Source: a virus (Duplodnaviria > Heunggongvirae > Uroviricota > Caudoviricetes). From it: DNA of 41,123 nt. Numbering within the stretch: position 1 is the stretch's first letter; every line of letters begins with the position of its first letter. Shown here piece after piece: positions 1 through 8,777 of this stretch. The DNA lies in the IMG/VR virus record IMGVR_UViG_2565956719_000013. One strand, given 5' to 3'. The translations under genes were made by a program, and so were the position numbers. The notes under the pieces are model-generated. The model worked only from the letters and a program-made list of their open reading frames with translations, ran no database searches and had not been told where the DNA came from.

Positions 1-516
1 ATGAAATTTAAAAAATGTCTTCTGCCTGTGGCAATGTTAGCGTCATTCACTCTGGCAGGATGCCAGTCAAATGCTGATGATCATGCCGCCGATGTTTATC
101 AAACCGATCAACTGAATACCAAACAAGAAACTAAAACCGTTAATATTATTTCCATTCTTCCCGCAAAAGTTGCCGTAGACAACGCCCAAAATAAACGGAA
201 CGCACAAGCCTTCGGCGCGCTTATTGGCGCTGTCGCTGGCGGTGTTATCGGCCACAACGTCGGGTCTGGCAGCAATTCCGGAACGACGGCAGGTGCAGTT
301 GGCGGCGGAGCTGTAGGCGCGGCAGCGGGTTCTATGGTGAATGATAAAACCTTAGTGGAAGGTGTTTCTTTAACATATAAGGAAGGCACCAAAGTGTATA
401 CCTCCACCCAGGTGGGTAAAGAGTGCCAGTTTACGACAGGTTTAGCCGTTGTTATTACCACGACGTATAACGAAACGCGTATTCAGCCAAATACCAAATG
501 TCCTGAAAAGAGCTAA
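1..516 (+). CDS. outer-membrane lipoprotein with glycine-zipper segment, function unknown
   Basis: ATG at position 1; signal peptide with lipobox LAGC; Gly/Ala-rich GxxxG run (GALIGAVAGGVIGH...AVGGGAVGAAAG); could be host flank or phage moron. Confidence 0.6.
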   Translation: MKFKKCLLPVAMLASFTLAGCQSNADDHAADVYQTDQLNTKQETKTVNIISILPAKVAVDNAQNKRNAQAFGALIGAVAGGVIGHNVGSGSNSGTTAGAVGGGAVGAAAGSMVNDKTLVEGVSLTYKEGTKVYTSTQVGKECQFTTGLAVVITTTYNETRIQPNTKCPEKS

Positions 517-531
517 TAATCAGGAGGAGTC

Positions 532-1071
532 ATGAAGAAAGTTTTTCTTTGCGCCATCTTAGCCTCCTTAAGCTATCCGGCTATCGCCTCATCATTGCAG
601 GATCAACTCTCGGCTGTCGCAGAAGCGGAACAGCAAGGTAAAAATGAAGAGCAAAGGCAGCATGACGAATGGGTCGCGGAGCGCAACAGGGAAATCCAGC
701 AAGAGAAGCAACGTCGCGCAAACGCCCAGGCCGCGGCTAATAAAAGAGCGGCAACGGCAGCAGCGAATAAGAAAGCTCGTCAGGATAAACTGGACGCCGA
801 AGCCACTGCGGACAAAAAACGCGATCAAAGTTATGAAGATGAGCTACGTAGCTTAGAGATTCAGAAACAAAAACTGGCGCTGGCGAAAGAAGAAGCCCGC
901 GTCAAGCGCGAAAACGAATTTATCGATCAGGAACTGAAGCACAAAGCTGCGCAAACCGATGTGGTGCAATCTGAAGCTGACGCAAACAGAAATATGACTG
1001 AAGGCGGTCGCGATCTGATGAAAAGCGTGGGTAAAGCAGAAGAGAATAAATCAGATAGCTGGTTTAACTAA
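532..1071 (+). CDS. secreted charged coiled-coil protein, function unknown
   Basis: AGGAGG RBS upstream of ATG 532; N-terminal signal peptide; remainder Lys/Glu/Ala/Gln-rich; stop TAA 1069-1071. Confidence 0.55.
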   Translation: MKKVFLCAILASLSYPAIASSLQDQLSAVAEAEQQGKNEEQRQHDEWVAERNREIQQEKQRRANAQAAANKRAATAAANKKARQDKLDAEATADKKRDQSYEDELRSLEIQKQKLALAKEEARVKRENEFIDQELKHKAAQTDVVQSEADANRNMTEGGRDLMKSVGKAEENKSDSWFN

Positions 1072-1110
1072 ACGATGTTAGTAACTTCAAACCTATAATT
1101 CTTTAGGATA

Positions 1111-1143
1111 AAAAAACCCTCTGTAGTAACAGAGGGTTTTGTT
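1111..1143. terminator. bidirectional intrinsic terminator between convergent genes
   Basis: stem CCCTCTGT (1117-1124) / ACAGAGGG (1129-1136), loop AGTA, A-tract upstream and T-tract downstream. Confidence 0.7.
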
Positions 1144-1289
1144 CATTCATAGTGCAGGGTCAAATCATTCCCACTCAATTATTTACGATAACCATAACCA
1201 ATTGAGTGATAACATTTTTCCAAATCTCAATTTTTCCCGTACCGTTTTATATACCGTCACCGGAAATCAGTACCATGAAAAATGCCATG

Positions 1290-1772
1290 CTATCTGGTCA
1301 AAGTGTCGTACTGTTTTTCGCAGACTCTTCCGGCTTCGGCTGCCCGGTCAGCATACTCTGCCAGTTGTCTGTTTCTCTCGAGAGATTTGCTGAGCACGTC
1401 GGCAAGCAAAACTCCGGTGTCTGCGGCTGACGACCCAGCGCCGACAATGGCGTTATACTGCCTGAGCTGCTCACGGATGGCAAAGAGTTGTTGCTGCAAC
1501 CGGCCAGCGCTAGCGGCAGCATCAAGAGCATCATTGCGCGCCTGGTCGATCCTCTGCTGAGCTTCACGTTCATTGGTCACTTTCTCCTGTTCGTAGTACT
1601 GACGAACTTTGTCTTCTTCGGCTTTGCGGTCTTCTTCCGCCTGAGCATACCCGGCATCGTACTGGCGACTGCCGTGTATATTCCAGGCAACCACTCCTGA
1701 TATGACCAGAACAGCAAGCACTGCCACGATAAGAAACTGTTTCCAGTATGCTTTTACGAATGCCCAGATCAT
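1290..1772 (-). CDS. Rz-like i-spanin (phage lysis protein)
   Basis: N-terminal TM helix then Glu/Arg/Gln-rich coiled coil; ATGA overlap with endolysin stop; contains an embedded out-of-frame lipoprotein ORF. Confidence 0.7.
   Translation of the reverse strand: MIWAFVKAYWKQFLIVAVLAVLVISGVVAWNIHGSRQYDAGYAQAEEDRKAEEDKVRQYYEQEKVTNEREAQQRIDQARNDALDAAASAGRLQQQLFAIREQLRQYNAIVGAGSSAADTGVLLADVLSKSLERNRQLAEYADRAAEAGRVCEKQYDTLTR
1298..1534 (-). CDS. Rz1-like o-spanin lipoprotein embedded in Rz
   Basis: alternative frame inside Rz; [13 protein letters not shown] lipobox signal; Pro/Ser-rich; start chosen at ATGATG 1534-1529. Confidence 0.5.
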   Translation of the reverse strand: MMLLMLPLALAGCSNNSLPSVSSSGSITPLSALGRQPQTPEFCLPTCSANLSRETDNWQSMLTGQPKPEESAKNSTTL

Positions 1773-2398
1773 ACCGCCAGCACCTTACTGGCAGTGATGT
1801 ACCGCGCTCGCCGGTCGTCGATGCCGTTCCGGCCACCATTGATAATCAGAGTTACACGTGCAATATCGCCGGTATACTTCATGCATCCTTTGCTGGCGAA
1901 GAACCACGCCGCGCTACGAGCCGCATATCCGTCCTGCGCCAGCAGTTCAGGGCTCTCCAGCAGGTCAACCTTCAGACCGTTTCCGCAATCACGATAGTTA
2001 TTCAAACCGGTAATCTGGATAAGTCCGCGCCCTCGGTAATTCCAGCCATCACCAGGGGCATTGTTCCCCATGCGTTTGCTGTATACCAGATTTGCGATCG
2101 CGCGCTGGCGCTCAAGTGGCAATGGTGGTTCACCAGCACGGCGCCCCAGTGCATTAGCCTGCCCCTGAGTGAGACGCCCAGCCCGAACGAAGTTAGCCAG
2201 TCCGCTGACACTGTAGTTGAAATTCTCCTGCAACCTGGTGAAGCCCCCAGACTCATGCCCGACTTGAGCAATAAACATTGCCTGATCTTCTGCTTTGCTG
2301 ATACCAAACTCTTTCATCGCAGAAGTTATATGCGAGAACCAGCGTGCGGCCAGTGCCTCGCTGATACCAGCAGCTCGCTGGAATTGTTTAATCTCCAT
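1769..2398 (-). CDS. endolysin, glycoside hydrolase family 19 (chitinase-like) type
   Basis: ATG at 2398 with GAGG RBS; motifs [12 protein letters not shown] and GRGLIQITG recalled as GH19 lysozyme signatures; lies between holin and Rz. Confidence 0.75.
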   Translation of the reverse strand: MEIKQFQRAAGISEALAARWFSHITSAMKEFGISKAEDQAMFIAQVGHESGGFTRLQENFNYSVSGLANFVRAGRLTQGQANALGRRAGEPPLPLERQRAIANLVYSKRMGNNAPGDGWNYRGRGLIQITGLNNYRDCGNGLKVDLLESPELLAQDGYAARSAAWFFASKGCMKYTGDIARVTLIINGGRNGIDDRRARYITASKVLAV

Positions 2399-2696
2399 GT
2401 TTAGACCTCGATACTTTAAAAATTTGAACGACGTTACCGCGCGTTTTAATAACCGCAGCCAGCATGACAGCGTTGATAATGACCTCAGATAAATCCACAG
2501 CCATTGGCGTACGTAACCAGATTGCATAGGCGACTCGAACAGGAATACTGGCCGCAGCAACAATCAGGAAATAAGCAAGCCATCCTCCCCACCTTCGATG
2601 TTGAGAGCCGTTACGCCGGAATGTGACAACGCGAATTGCTATGCCAGTGCAAATAACTGCATTAGTGATAAGCAAAAAAAACTCATGCGTTACCAT
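2388..2696 (-). CDS. small membrane protein of lysis cassette (holin/antiholin-like)
   Basis: GGGGAGA RBS; 2-3 predicted TM helices; overlaps holin end and endolysin start. Confidence 0.5.
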   Translation of the reverse strand: MVTHEFFLLITNAVICTGIAIRVVTFRRNGSQHRRWGGWLAYFLIVAAASIPVRVAYAIWLRTPMAVDLSEVIINAVMLAAVIKTRGNVVQIFKVSRSKHGD

Positions 2697-3087
2697 CGTC
2701 TTTTCTCCCCGGAATTAACTCGCGTGGATTATCGGAACGGTGATAGAGCCATATACCAATACGCACAGCGACAATTGCTGACACGAATGCGCCTGCAGAG
2801 AAAACAATCCCTTTTTCAAAAGAGTCCTGCGTGATGGTAGGGATCAGGCTGGCTATGCCGATAAGAATTGATGCTGCTGGTTTGTAAAAGAGAAGGCCGC
2901 AAAGAAAGCTGAGCATCGACAGGAGCACCCGGCGACGGATGGGGTACTCTACTGCAGAGGTAACAAAAATTACCGCCCCAGCCAAAGCCCCTAAAGCAAC
3001 CTCCGGAGGGACACCTGCAATAACTGCAGCAAGAGAACCAAAACTAAGCAACTGATTTAATTGCTCACTTGTTACTTGAGCAGACAT
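2683..3087 (-). CDS. putative holin
   Basis: AGGAGA RBS; several hydrophobic helices; charged C-terminus; first gene of lysis cassette. Confidence 0.55.
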   Translation of the reverse strand: MSAQVTSEQLNQLLSFGSLAAVIAGVPPEVALGALAGAVIFVTSAVEYPIRRRVLLSMLSFLCGLLFYKPAASILIGIASLIPTITQDSFEKGIVFSAGAFVSAIVAVRIGIWLYHRSDNPRELIPGRKDDGNA

Positions 3088-3370
3088 ACTTTCTCCTGTT
3101 TACTATCTATAAGCCAGTCAATTATTGATGACTAAACCCGCATAGTAAACCATATATGAATCATTATTGTTCCATATCATATATCTCAATAAAAGTACTA
3201 ATGATTTTACAGAACGAGCCAGCAGAGTGGGGGGGCAGTTGTACAGGAACCATAGACTTAATTTTGTATTTAATAATGCTATGGTGTAATAAACCTGAAC
3301 ATGTATTTAAAATACGTACTGATTCATGATAGAATTCAAAGATAACTTTTCACCAACTCCGTTTTTGATA

Positions 3371-3397
3371 CCCGCAATATTTTGCGGGCTTTTTTTT
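3371..3397 (+). terminator. intrinsic terminator oriented for + strand only
   Basis: stem CCCGCAA (3371-3377) / TTGCGGG (3382-3388), loop TATT, T8 tract 3390-3397 overlapping tailspike stop; no T-tract in the minus orientation. Confidence 0.5.
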
Positions 3398-6300
3398 AAC
3401 GTTCTTCCAGAGACTGAACCCGCTCTTTTATCTTATCCATTTCTCTGCGCTGCCATGCTGCCTCGATATAGAATAAGAGATCAGGTCTGACCCCCCATCT
3501 AGATCCTGCTGGCGTTATTTCAACGCGCTCAATGATGTCTTCTATTACCATCACTGGATTATCATCCTCATCAACAATGATGCTCCCGTCATTATCAGTC
3601 AGCGGCATTTCCCTTTGGCCAGTAATGACGTCATCATATACTGCGGGATAATCGTCATAGCAAAGAAAGGCATAGCGGCATGTTGTGCTTTCTTCTTCCA
3701 TGAGTCCGTGAGAAATAAGAACATCACGAAGTTGCTGCGCGATTACACCATGATGTATCCTCGCCCCTTCTTCCCCCTTTATAGCGACAGCGTTCAGCCA
3801 TTTATAAGCGATATACCTGACGTCACCCCAGGCATCCAGCAATGTTTCGTCAGGAGAGACCGGCTCTGTCTTTAATGTTCCGTCACTGGTAACCACAGGA
3901 TTGGAGCCAAGATAAACTATCGAGAACCTGTTTCCCGGACCACCAAGAGCATTTACATTATCAAGATAAGGTTTAACATCTCCGTTCTCAAAAAGATGTT
4001 CGAGTGCGTTATATACCGCGCGACGTGGAGTACTGCTTCTGGAACCATGCAACGTTATCATTGCACCATCTGCTGAAGACGTTGTTTCACCGCCGCTAAC
4101 GATTAATCTCTGAGCGGTAACATCATCAGACGGTACTTTCTTCGCAATAATGGCGTAATTACCCTCAAGTTTGACTTCCGCGCGAACTTGTCCTGATGTA
4201 CCTGCATGGACAGTCAGTGACTGGACGGCAACATCATCTGTGAAATCAACGGGTACAGGAACCGTCCTCACGCCTGACGTCGACATAAAAGTAGGAAGCG
4301 TTCTGTTAGGAGTGGCTCCGTAGACAAAATCCCTTGAAACAAATTCTTCCTGTTTAATTTTCACCCTGAAACAATACAAATCAGCCGGGTGACCATCGTG
4401 AACATAAGGATATTTTCTGTTGTTATCCCCTATGCTCCATGGGTTTAGAAAGTCTTCCCCACCGAAAATGTAGTACAGCCAGTTGTCTTTGATACAAACT
4501 GAACCAACACCAACCGCAGAGTTAACTATTCCGCCCTGATAAATCTGATCAGTAACATTAACCCACTCTACATTATCCAGACTCCACTCATTGACGTTAA
4601 CTCTGGTCATAAATGTTCTTGGATAATTTCCTGCATAACGGTTATCAGGTTCTCCTCCTTCCCACTCACCAAATGCGCGCTCACTGCCAAAAATAATCAG
4701 CTCATCGCCAACTTTGGCAAAAGGAAGGTTTGAGTGATGAACATTATTTGGGAAGCGAAGAGAATTCCATGATGTACCTAAATCAGAGCTTCTGTGCAAT
4801 GAACTACCGGGTTGAGTACTTAATGTCCCCCTGGTCGTCAGATACAGAATGCCATCATAATATTTTACACATGGCTCAGATGCATTCGCCTCATATTCTG
4901 CAGGTATGCGTCTGCGAACAAAGCTACCAGGAGAACCGAAAGCATCAGAGAAATAGAGTATCCCAAGCTCGCGTGGACCAATATCACCATTATGGTAGCC
5001 AACAGCAAAACTGTTATCGCTAATCGTCGCAAAACTGTGAATCTCAGTAACAGGAGTGCTTCCGTCAACAAAAGAAGGAATAGTTCCAAGACTGGTTTTT
5101 CTCCATGGTGACGAGTGAAATGATGTACCAAAACTCCAGTATCTACCCTCGTTATTCTGATCCACATCCTGGGTATTTTGCGTCGTAACTGTAAAAGTAT
5201 TTTTATCAATAACAGTAGTCACCGTCATATTCCCGGTAACACCTGTAACACCAGAGTTTGAGAAGTTGACAAAATCACCAGCAAATAATCCGTGATCAGT
5301 AATGCGAATATAAGCGACTTGCTGATTTGCTGCTTTCGTTATACCACCATAAACGCGAAGGCTGCGACTCATTGGGCGATCCCACAACTCTGCAACCTGC
5401 AGTTTATTTCCGCTCACGGTCCGCGTCTCAATTACAGCAAAAAGGCGATTTCTGACAACCCCCATACTCATGCAGTGATAGTTAACTGTGGGATAGTTTT
5501 CATGTAAATCTGTAAGCCATTCCGGCGTTGTCCAGGTCTTCCCGTCATCTCCTGAGCGAACCCATGCAACATGGAGGTTATTTACACCATGGCGGTCTCC
5601 AGCCATAAAAGGCGCATAGATGACATTGTCATATACAAACGTTTTATCCTGCGTCCAGGCGTTGTACCACGGTGTATCTGTAATTTTAAATAACTCTCCC
5701 TGGATAAAATCTTCAGAAGCATAAAAAAGAGGCTGGCCCGGTATTCTCTCAAATAAAAAACGAGCATTTTTAAATCGACTGACATCCGGAAGAGTTGATA
5801 CTTTAAAAGTAAGCCCTAATCCGTCAATTTTATAACCTGGAGATGAGGCTTCAAGGCACGCGCTTATTGCAGTGGAATCGTCATTTATACCATCACCAAC
5901 AGCTCCAAAATCTTTGGGGCTAATAGCATCACGCATTTTATCCTGGAACGTTCGGTACACAGCCCCAGAACCATACTGAATAAACCAACCAAAACCACCA
6001 ACAACCCCGGCGATTGCAGCATCGACATAATTACGCATTGAGCGATTATTTACAGCGTCCTGCTCAAATGATGGATCTGCAAGGTTAGAAATTTTGTTTT
6101 GCTTTGCATCGTAATATTTTGCAAGCAAAGATGGTTTCATCAATGCACGTCTGAACCACCCAAAACATTGCTGGATCAGCATCGTCAGGTAGTCAAAGGC
6201 ATCTTCATGCACTTCGGGGAAAAATTTTCCCTGATTGCGAAGGTCTGTCTCCTGCACTACATCAAGCACACGATCTATCGTAATTCGCCATCCAGTAGCA

Positions 6301-6515
6301 AGCGGAGACGGAAGAACCACAGAACCGCCACTATAAGTGCCCGCCCCAGTTACCGTATAACCGGTATCCAGAACCAATTCTGTTACGTTCCCGTTCAGGT
6401 CAGACACCTGAACAACCAGGTCTGATTTTCTGAAAATTCGAAAAGTATACGGAAACGACGTCGTAACGCCGTTACCGGTGTATTCGTTGTGGTCAACTTC
6501 GGTTGAGACCGTCAT
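3396..6515 (-). CDS. tailspike: T7 gp17-like N-terminal anchor, Asp-box domain, C-terminal intramolecular-chaperone-type domain; candidate endosialidase
   Basis: 1039 aa; GGAG RBS; N-terminal pattern resembles T7 tail-fibre N-domain; two Asp-box motifs (SGDDGKTW, SSDLGTSW); C-terminal SDGTLK...IAQQ... region resembles S74-type autocleaving chaperone domains. Confidence 0.85.
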   Translation of the reverse strand: MTVSTEVDHNEYTGNGVTTSFPYTFRIFRKSDLVVQVSDLNGNVTELVLDTGYTVTGAGTYSGGSVVLPSPLATGWRITIDRVLDVVQETDLRNQGKFFPEVHEDAFDYLTMLIQQCFGWFRRALMKPSLLAKYYDAKQNKISNLADPSFEQDAVNNRSMRNYVDAAIAGVVGGFGWFIQYGSGAVYRTFQDKMRDAISPKDFGAVGDGINDDSTAISACLEASSPGYKIDGLGLTFKVSTLPDVSRFKNARFLFERIPGQPLFYASEDFIQGELFKITDTPWYNAWTQDKTFVYDNVIYAPFMAGDRHGVNNLHVAWVRSGDDGKTWTTPEWLTDLHENYPTVNYHCMSMGVVRNRLFAVIETRTVSGNKLQVAELWDRPMSRSLRVYGGITKAANQQVAYIRITDHGLFAGDFVNFSNSGVTGVTGNMTVTTVIDKNTFTVTTQNTQDVDQNNEGRYWSFGTSFHSSPWRKTSLGTIPSFVDGSTPVTEIHSFATISDNSFAVGYHNGDIGPRELGILYFSDAFGSPGSFVRRRIPAEYEANASEPCVKYYDGILYLTTRGTLSTQPGSSLHRSSDLGTSWNSLRFPNNVHHSNLPFAKVGDELIIFGSERAFGEWEGGEPDNRYAGNYPRTFMTRVNVNEWSLDNVEWVNVTDQIYQGGIVNSAVGVGSVCIKDNWLYYIFGGEDFLNPWSIGDNNRKYPYVHDGHPADLYCFRVKIKQEEFVSRDFVYGATPNRTLPTFMSTSGVRTVPVPVDFTDDVAVQSLTVHAGTSGQVRAEVKLEGNYAIIAKKVPSDDVTAQRLIVSGGETTSSADGAMITLHGSRSSTPRRAVYNALEHLFENGDVKPYLDNVNALGGPGNRFSIVYLGSNPVVTSDGTLKTEPVSPDETLLDAWGDVRYIAYKWLNAVAIKGEEGARIHHGVIAQQLRDVLISHGLMEEESTTCRYAFLCYDDYPAVYDDVITGQREMPLTDNDGSIIVDEDDNPVMVIEDIIERVEITPAGSRWGVRPDLLFYIEAAWQRREMDKIKERVQSLEER

Positions 6516-6619
6516 GTTAAATCTCCAGATAGTCGCAGCACCCGTTGCGCCGCATATCTGGTTATTCTATTACCTGAAAAACCACATATGGATAGAAAGA
6601 CTGTAAATACGAATAGATA

Positions 6620-6634
6620 TTACCTTTCAGGTAA
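6620..6634. promoter_or_regulatory. operator-like dyad TTACC-N5-GGTAA
   Basis: ATTACCtttcaGGTAAT, perfect dyad between tailspike start (6515) and SOS-box gene. Confidence 0.55.
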
Positions 6635-6671
6635 TTTGCAAAACGTGCTGGATAGCAAACAAATTATTTGC

Positions 6672-6691
6672 TACTGTATAAATATACAGTT
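6672..6691 (+). promoter_or_regulatory. LexA (SOS) box
   Basis: TACTGTATAAATATACAGTT; CTGT-N8-ACAG core at 6674-6689, ~20 bp upstream of ATG 6711. Confidence 0.7.
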
Positions 6692-6710
6692 ATTGCATGG
6701 AGAAGATAAG

Positions 6711-6968
6711 ATGCAGCAGTATCACTATCCACTGGAAGACGGATTTACCGAAAGGATTCACACGCCGGGAGGCGTCAGGTCACTGGTGGAGGGATCGCAC
6801 TTGATGAAATTACTCCGGGATCTCGATAAGGATGGATTTAATGTCGATGGCCCACTTGCCGAACTGACTGCACTGATTAACTACGTCACCAGCTCACAGA
6901 TGTCTATGCAGGATCTGCAAACACATCTCGACTATTGTGCCGAACAATTACGAAAACAAACCAGATAA
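6711..6968 (+). CDS. SOS-regulated small protein, paralog of antirepressor C-terminal domain (candidate antirepressor)
   Basis: GGAGAAG RBS; 85 aa; ~35-40% identical by eye to C-terminal ~80 aa of the 7284..7994 product (shared GV, LM-LL, DG, AELT, QTH positions). Confidence 0.6.
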   Translation: MQQYHYPLEDGFTERIHTPGGVRSLVEGSHLMKLLRDLDKDGFNVDGPLAELTALINYVTSSQMSMQDLQTHLDYCAEQLRKQTR

Positions 6969-6999
6969 GATTTGAAATTACCAATAGGAGTGCTTATAT

Positions 7000-7014
7000 T
7001 TACCTTTGCGGTAA
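7000..7014. promoter_or_regulatory. operator-like dyad TTACC-N5-GGTAA
   Basis: TTTACCtttgcGGTAAA, perfect dyad upstream of antirepressor leader. Confidence 0.55.
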
Positions 7015-7104
7015 ATTTACATCGCACTCCTCTTGTGCCATAGTAATCGGGCACTGGCAAAATCCAGTGCCGGGATTGGCGTCCCGGGTTACTAAGTGGC
7101 GCAT

Positions 7105-7127
7105 ACCACGCCAGACGTGGTTTTTTT
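7105..7127 (+). terminator. intrinsic terminator/attenuator in antirepressor leader
   Basis: stem ACCACG (7105-7110) / CGTGGT (7116-7121), loop CCAGA, T7 tract to 7127. Confidence 0.55.
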
Positions 7128-7283
7128 ATGCGTTAAGCACAGCTATATCCGAATTATGGTGGGCTGGGCAGGGGTCCGAAAGGACGCCGGTACCACTTAG
7201 GCCGGTACGCCAACCTTGTCCAGTTCACCACCAGTAATTGGCGTTGCGGTGGTGATTAAAATCACTAAGTGGAGATAACCACC

Positions 7284-7994
7284 ATGGCTAATGCTCAAAC
7301 TGCCATCTTCAAATTTGAATCTGTTAACCCTATCCGTTCCATCATTATCGATGGCCAACCATGGTTTGTAGCCCAAGACGTTTGTAGTGCGCTGCGTATC
7401 CAAAACGTCACCCAAGCACTTGAAAAACTGGATGATGATGAAAGGTCTATGTTCAACATAGGGCATGAACATCGTGCAATTTTTGACAGCCGAGTAAAAG
7501 AGATCAACATTATCTCCGAGTCAGGCCTCTACACACTGATCCTCCGCTGCCGCGACGCAGTGACACCAGGCACTATCCCCTACCGCTTTCGTAAATGGGT
7601 TACAGGTGAGGTTCTTCCTCAGATCCGCCGCACCGGAAGTTACATTAAAAACTCGCTCCCGCAGGAAGAACGCATAAAGATGGTTGCCGACCAGGTAGCC
7701 AACGCCACGGCGTCAGCAGTAATGCAGGCGATGAAGATAGAGAACAAAACCTACAGTGCCCCACTGAAGCCCGGCTACCGTAGCCTGATTCATTCGCCGT
7801 CTGGTGTTCTCGGCCTGACGGAGAACTCACTGCTGATGAATCTGCTGAACCAGTTACAGGACGACGGGCACGACGTATCGGGCGCGGCGGCGGAGCTGAC
7901 CACCATGTTCTGCTACATCGTCGGTGTGAGCAAATGCCTGCGTGATATCCAGACCCACGCGGAGTACATCAACGACAAGGCAGGGTTCTTCTGA
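7284..7994 (+). CDS. antirepressor with N-terminal Bro-N domain
   Basis: ATG 7284 with AAGTGGAG RBS; N-terminus FKFESVNPIRSIIIDGQPWFVAQDVCSAL matches Bro-N pattern; C-terminal domain paralogous to 6711..6968 product. Confidence 0.7.
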   Translation: MANAQTAIFKFESVNPIRSIIIDGQPWFVAQDVCSALRIQNVTQALEKLDDDERSMFNIGHEHRAIFDSRVKEINIISESGLYTLILRCRDAVTPGTIPYRFRKWVTGEVLPQIRRTGSYIKNSLPQEERIKMVADQVANATASAVMQAMKIENKTYSAPLKPGYRSLIHSPSGVLGLTENSLLMNLLNQLQDDGHDVSGAAAELTTMFCYIVGVSKCLRDIQTHAEYINDKAGFF

Positions 7995-8065
7995 CGGCGG
8001 CGGCACAGGGACGTGCCTTTAAATAATTCTGTACAGATTGCAGACTGGGGGTGAATAGCGTACTA

Positions 8066-8080
8066 TTACCTCAAGGGTAA
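8066..8080. promoter_or_regulatory. operator-like dyad TTACC-N5-GGTAA
   Basis: ATTACCtcaagGGTAAG, perfect dyad ~60 bp upstream of ATG 8140. Confidence 0.55.
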
Positions 8081-8139
8081 GAAAGCATTTTTAATCTTCC
8101 CTTCAAAACGCGTCCTGTAGCCAAACATGGGAGGACGAA

Positions 8140-8772
8140 ATGAGAACAAATACAACAAGAAAAGCGATGCCATACATTATCCCAGAAGCAGATTTCGATA
8201 GAAAACTGAACATGTCTGAGAAGAACACTAGTCACACCGAAAGCTACTTAGCGAAAGGTGTGGTTGATTTCGTTCTTCCGGGATTCACAACACCTTATGG
8301 TTATCGCCTTGTAAAATCTTGTAATGGCGATCATTACAGAATGATTACTACCAGCGATACTCCAGAAACGGTGTATGCGGTTAAGTTAATCTTTCGGGAA
8401 GATATCGTCGAAGCCAAAAGAACATGTACGCAGATCATGGTATGGCGTACGCCTAATGTTATTCATGACCGTGCTGTTCATGGTTTGCCTCAGATTTTTT
8501 TTCAGTTCTTCCTAGAGCAATATGCGATCGTTGTATCTGATGAGCAACAAACAATCGATGGGAGAAGATTCTGGGAAAGAATGATTTCTTGGGCTATAAA
8601 CACCCCGGGATATAATGTATACGTTTCAGATGGCTCTGAAGAAGATAGACCTCTTAGCTTCATGACATCATGGGATGATTTCTATAGCCAGTGGGCTGAT
8701 TTCTGTTGGGGCAGTGATAAAGATGTGCATACCCACAGACTACTGGTTATAAGCAAAGATAAACTGCATTAA
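8140..8772 (+). CDS. hypothetical protein, 210 aa, orphan accessory gene
   Basis: GGGAGGA RBS; own upstream dyad and downstream terminator; no motif recognised. Confidence 0.65.
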   Translation: MRTNTTRKAMPYIIPEADFDRKLNMSEKNTSHTESYLAKGVVDFVLPGFTTPYGYRLVKSCNGDHYRMITTSDTPETVYAVKLIFREDIVEAKRTCTQIMVWRTPNVIHDRAVHGLPQIFFQFFLEQYAIVVSDEQQTIDGRRFWERMISWAINTPGYNVYVSDGSEEDRPLSFMTSWDDFYSQWADFCWGSDKDVHTHRLLVISKDKLH

Positions 8773-8777
8773 TAGAA

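Noticed and set aside
1748-2404. 218-aa + strand ORF
   Set aside because: Lies entirely antisense to the endolysin gene, which has clear motifs and an RBS; no RBS for the + ORF.
3201-3329. 42-codon + strand ORF in the AT-rich spacer
   Set aside because: No RBS and AT-rich low-complexity product; kept only as a note in the junction finding.
6580-6588. AACCACATA / TATGTGGTT as a DnaA box
   Set aside because: DnaA consensus TTATCCACA needs TCCACA; these sites read ACCACA and are not near the iteron origin.
8029-8046. CTGTACAGATTGCAGAC resembling a LexA box upstream of the 8140 gene
   Set aside because: Second half-site is CAGA not ACAG at the required spacing; does not fit CTGT-N8-ACAG.
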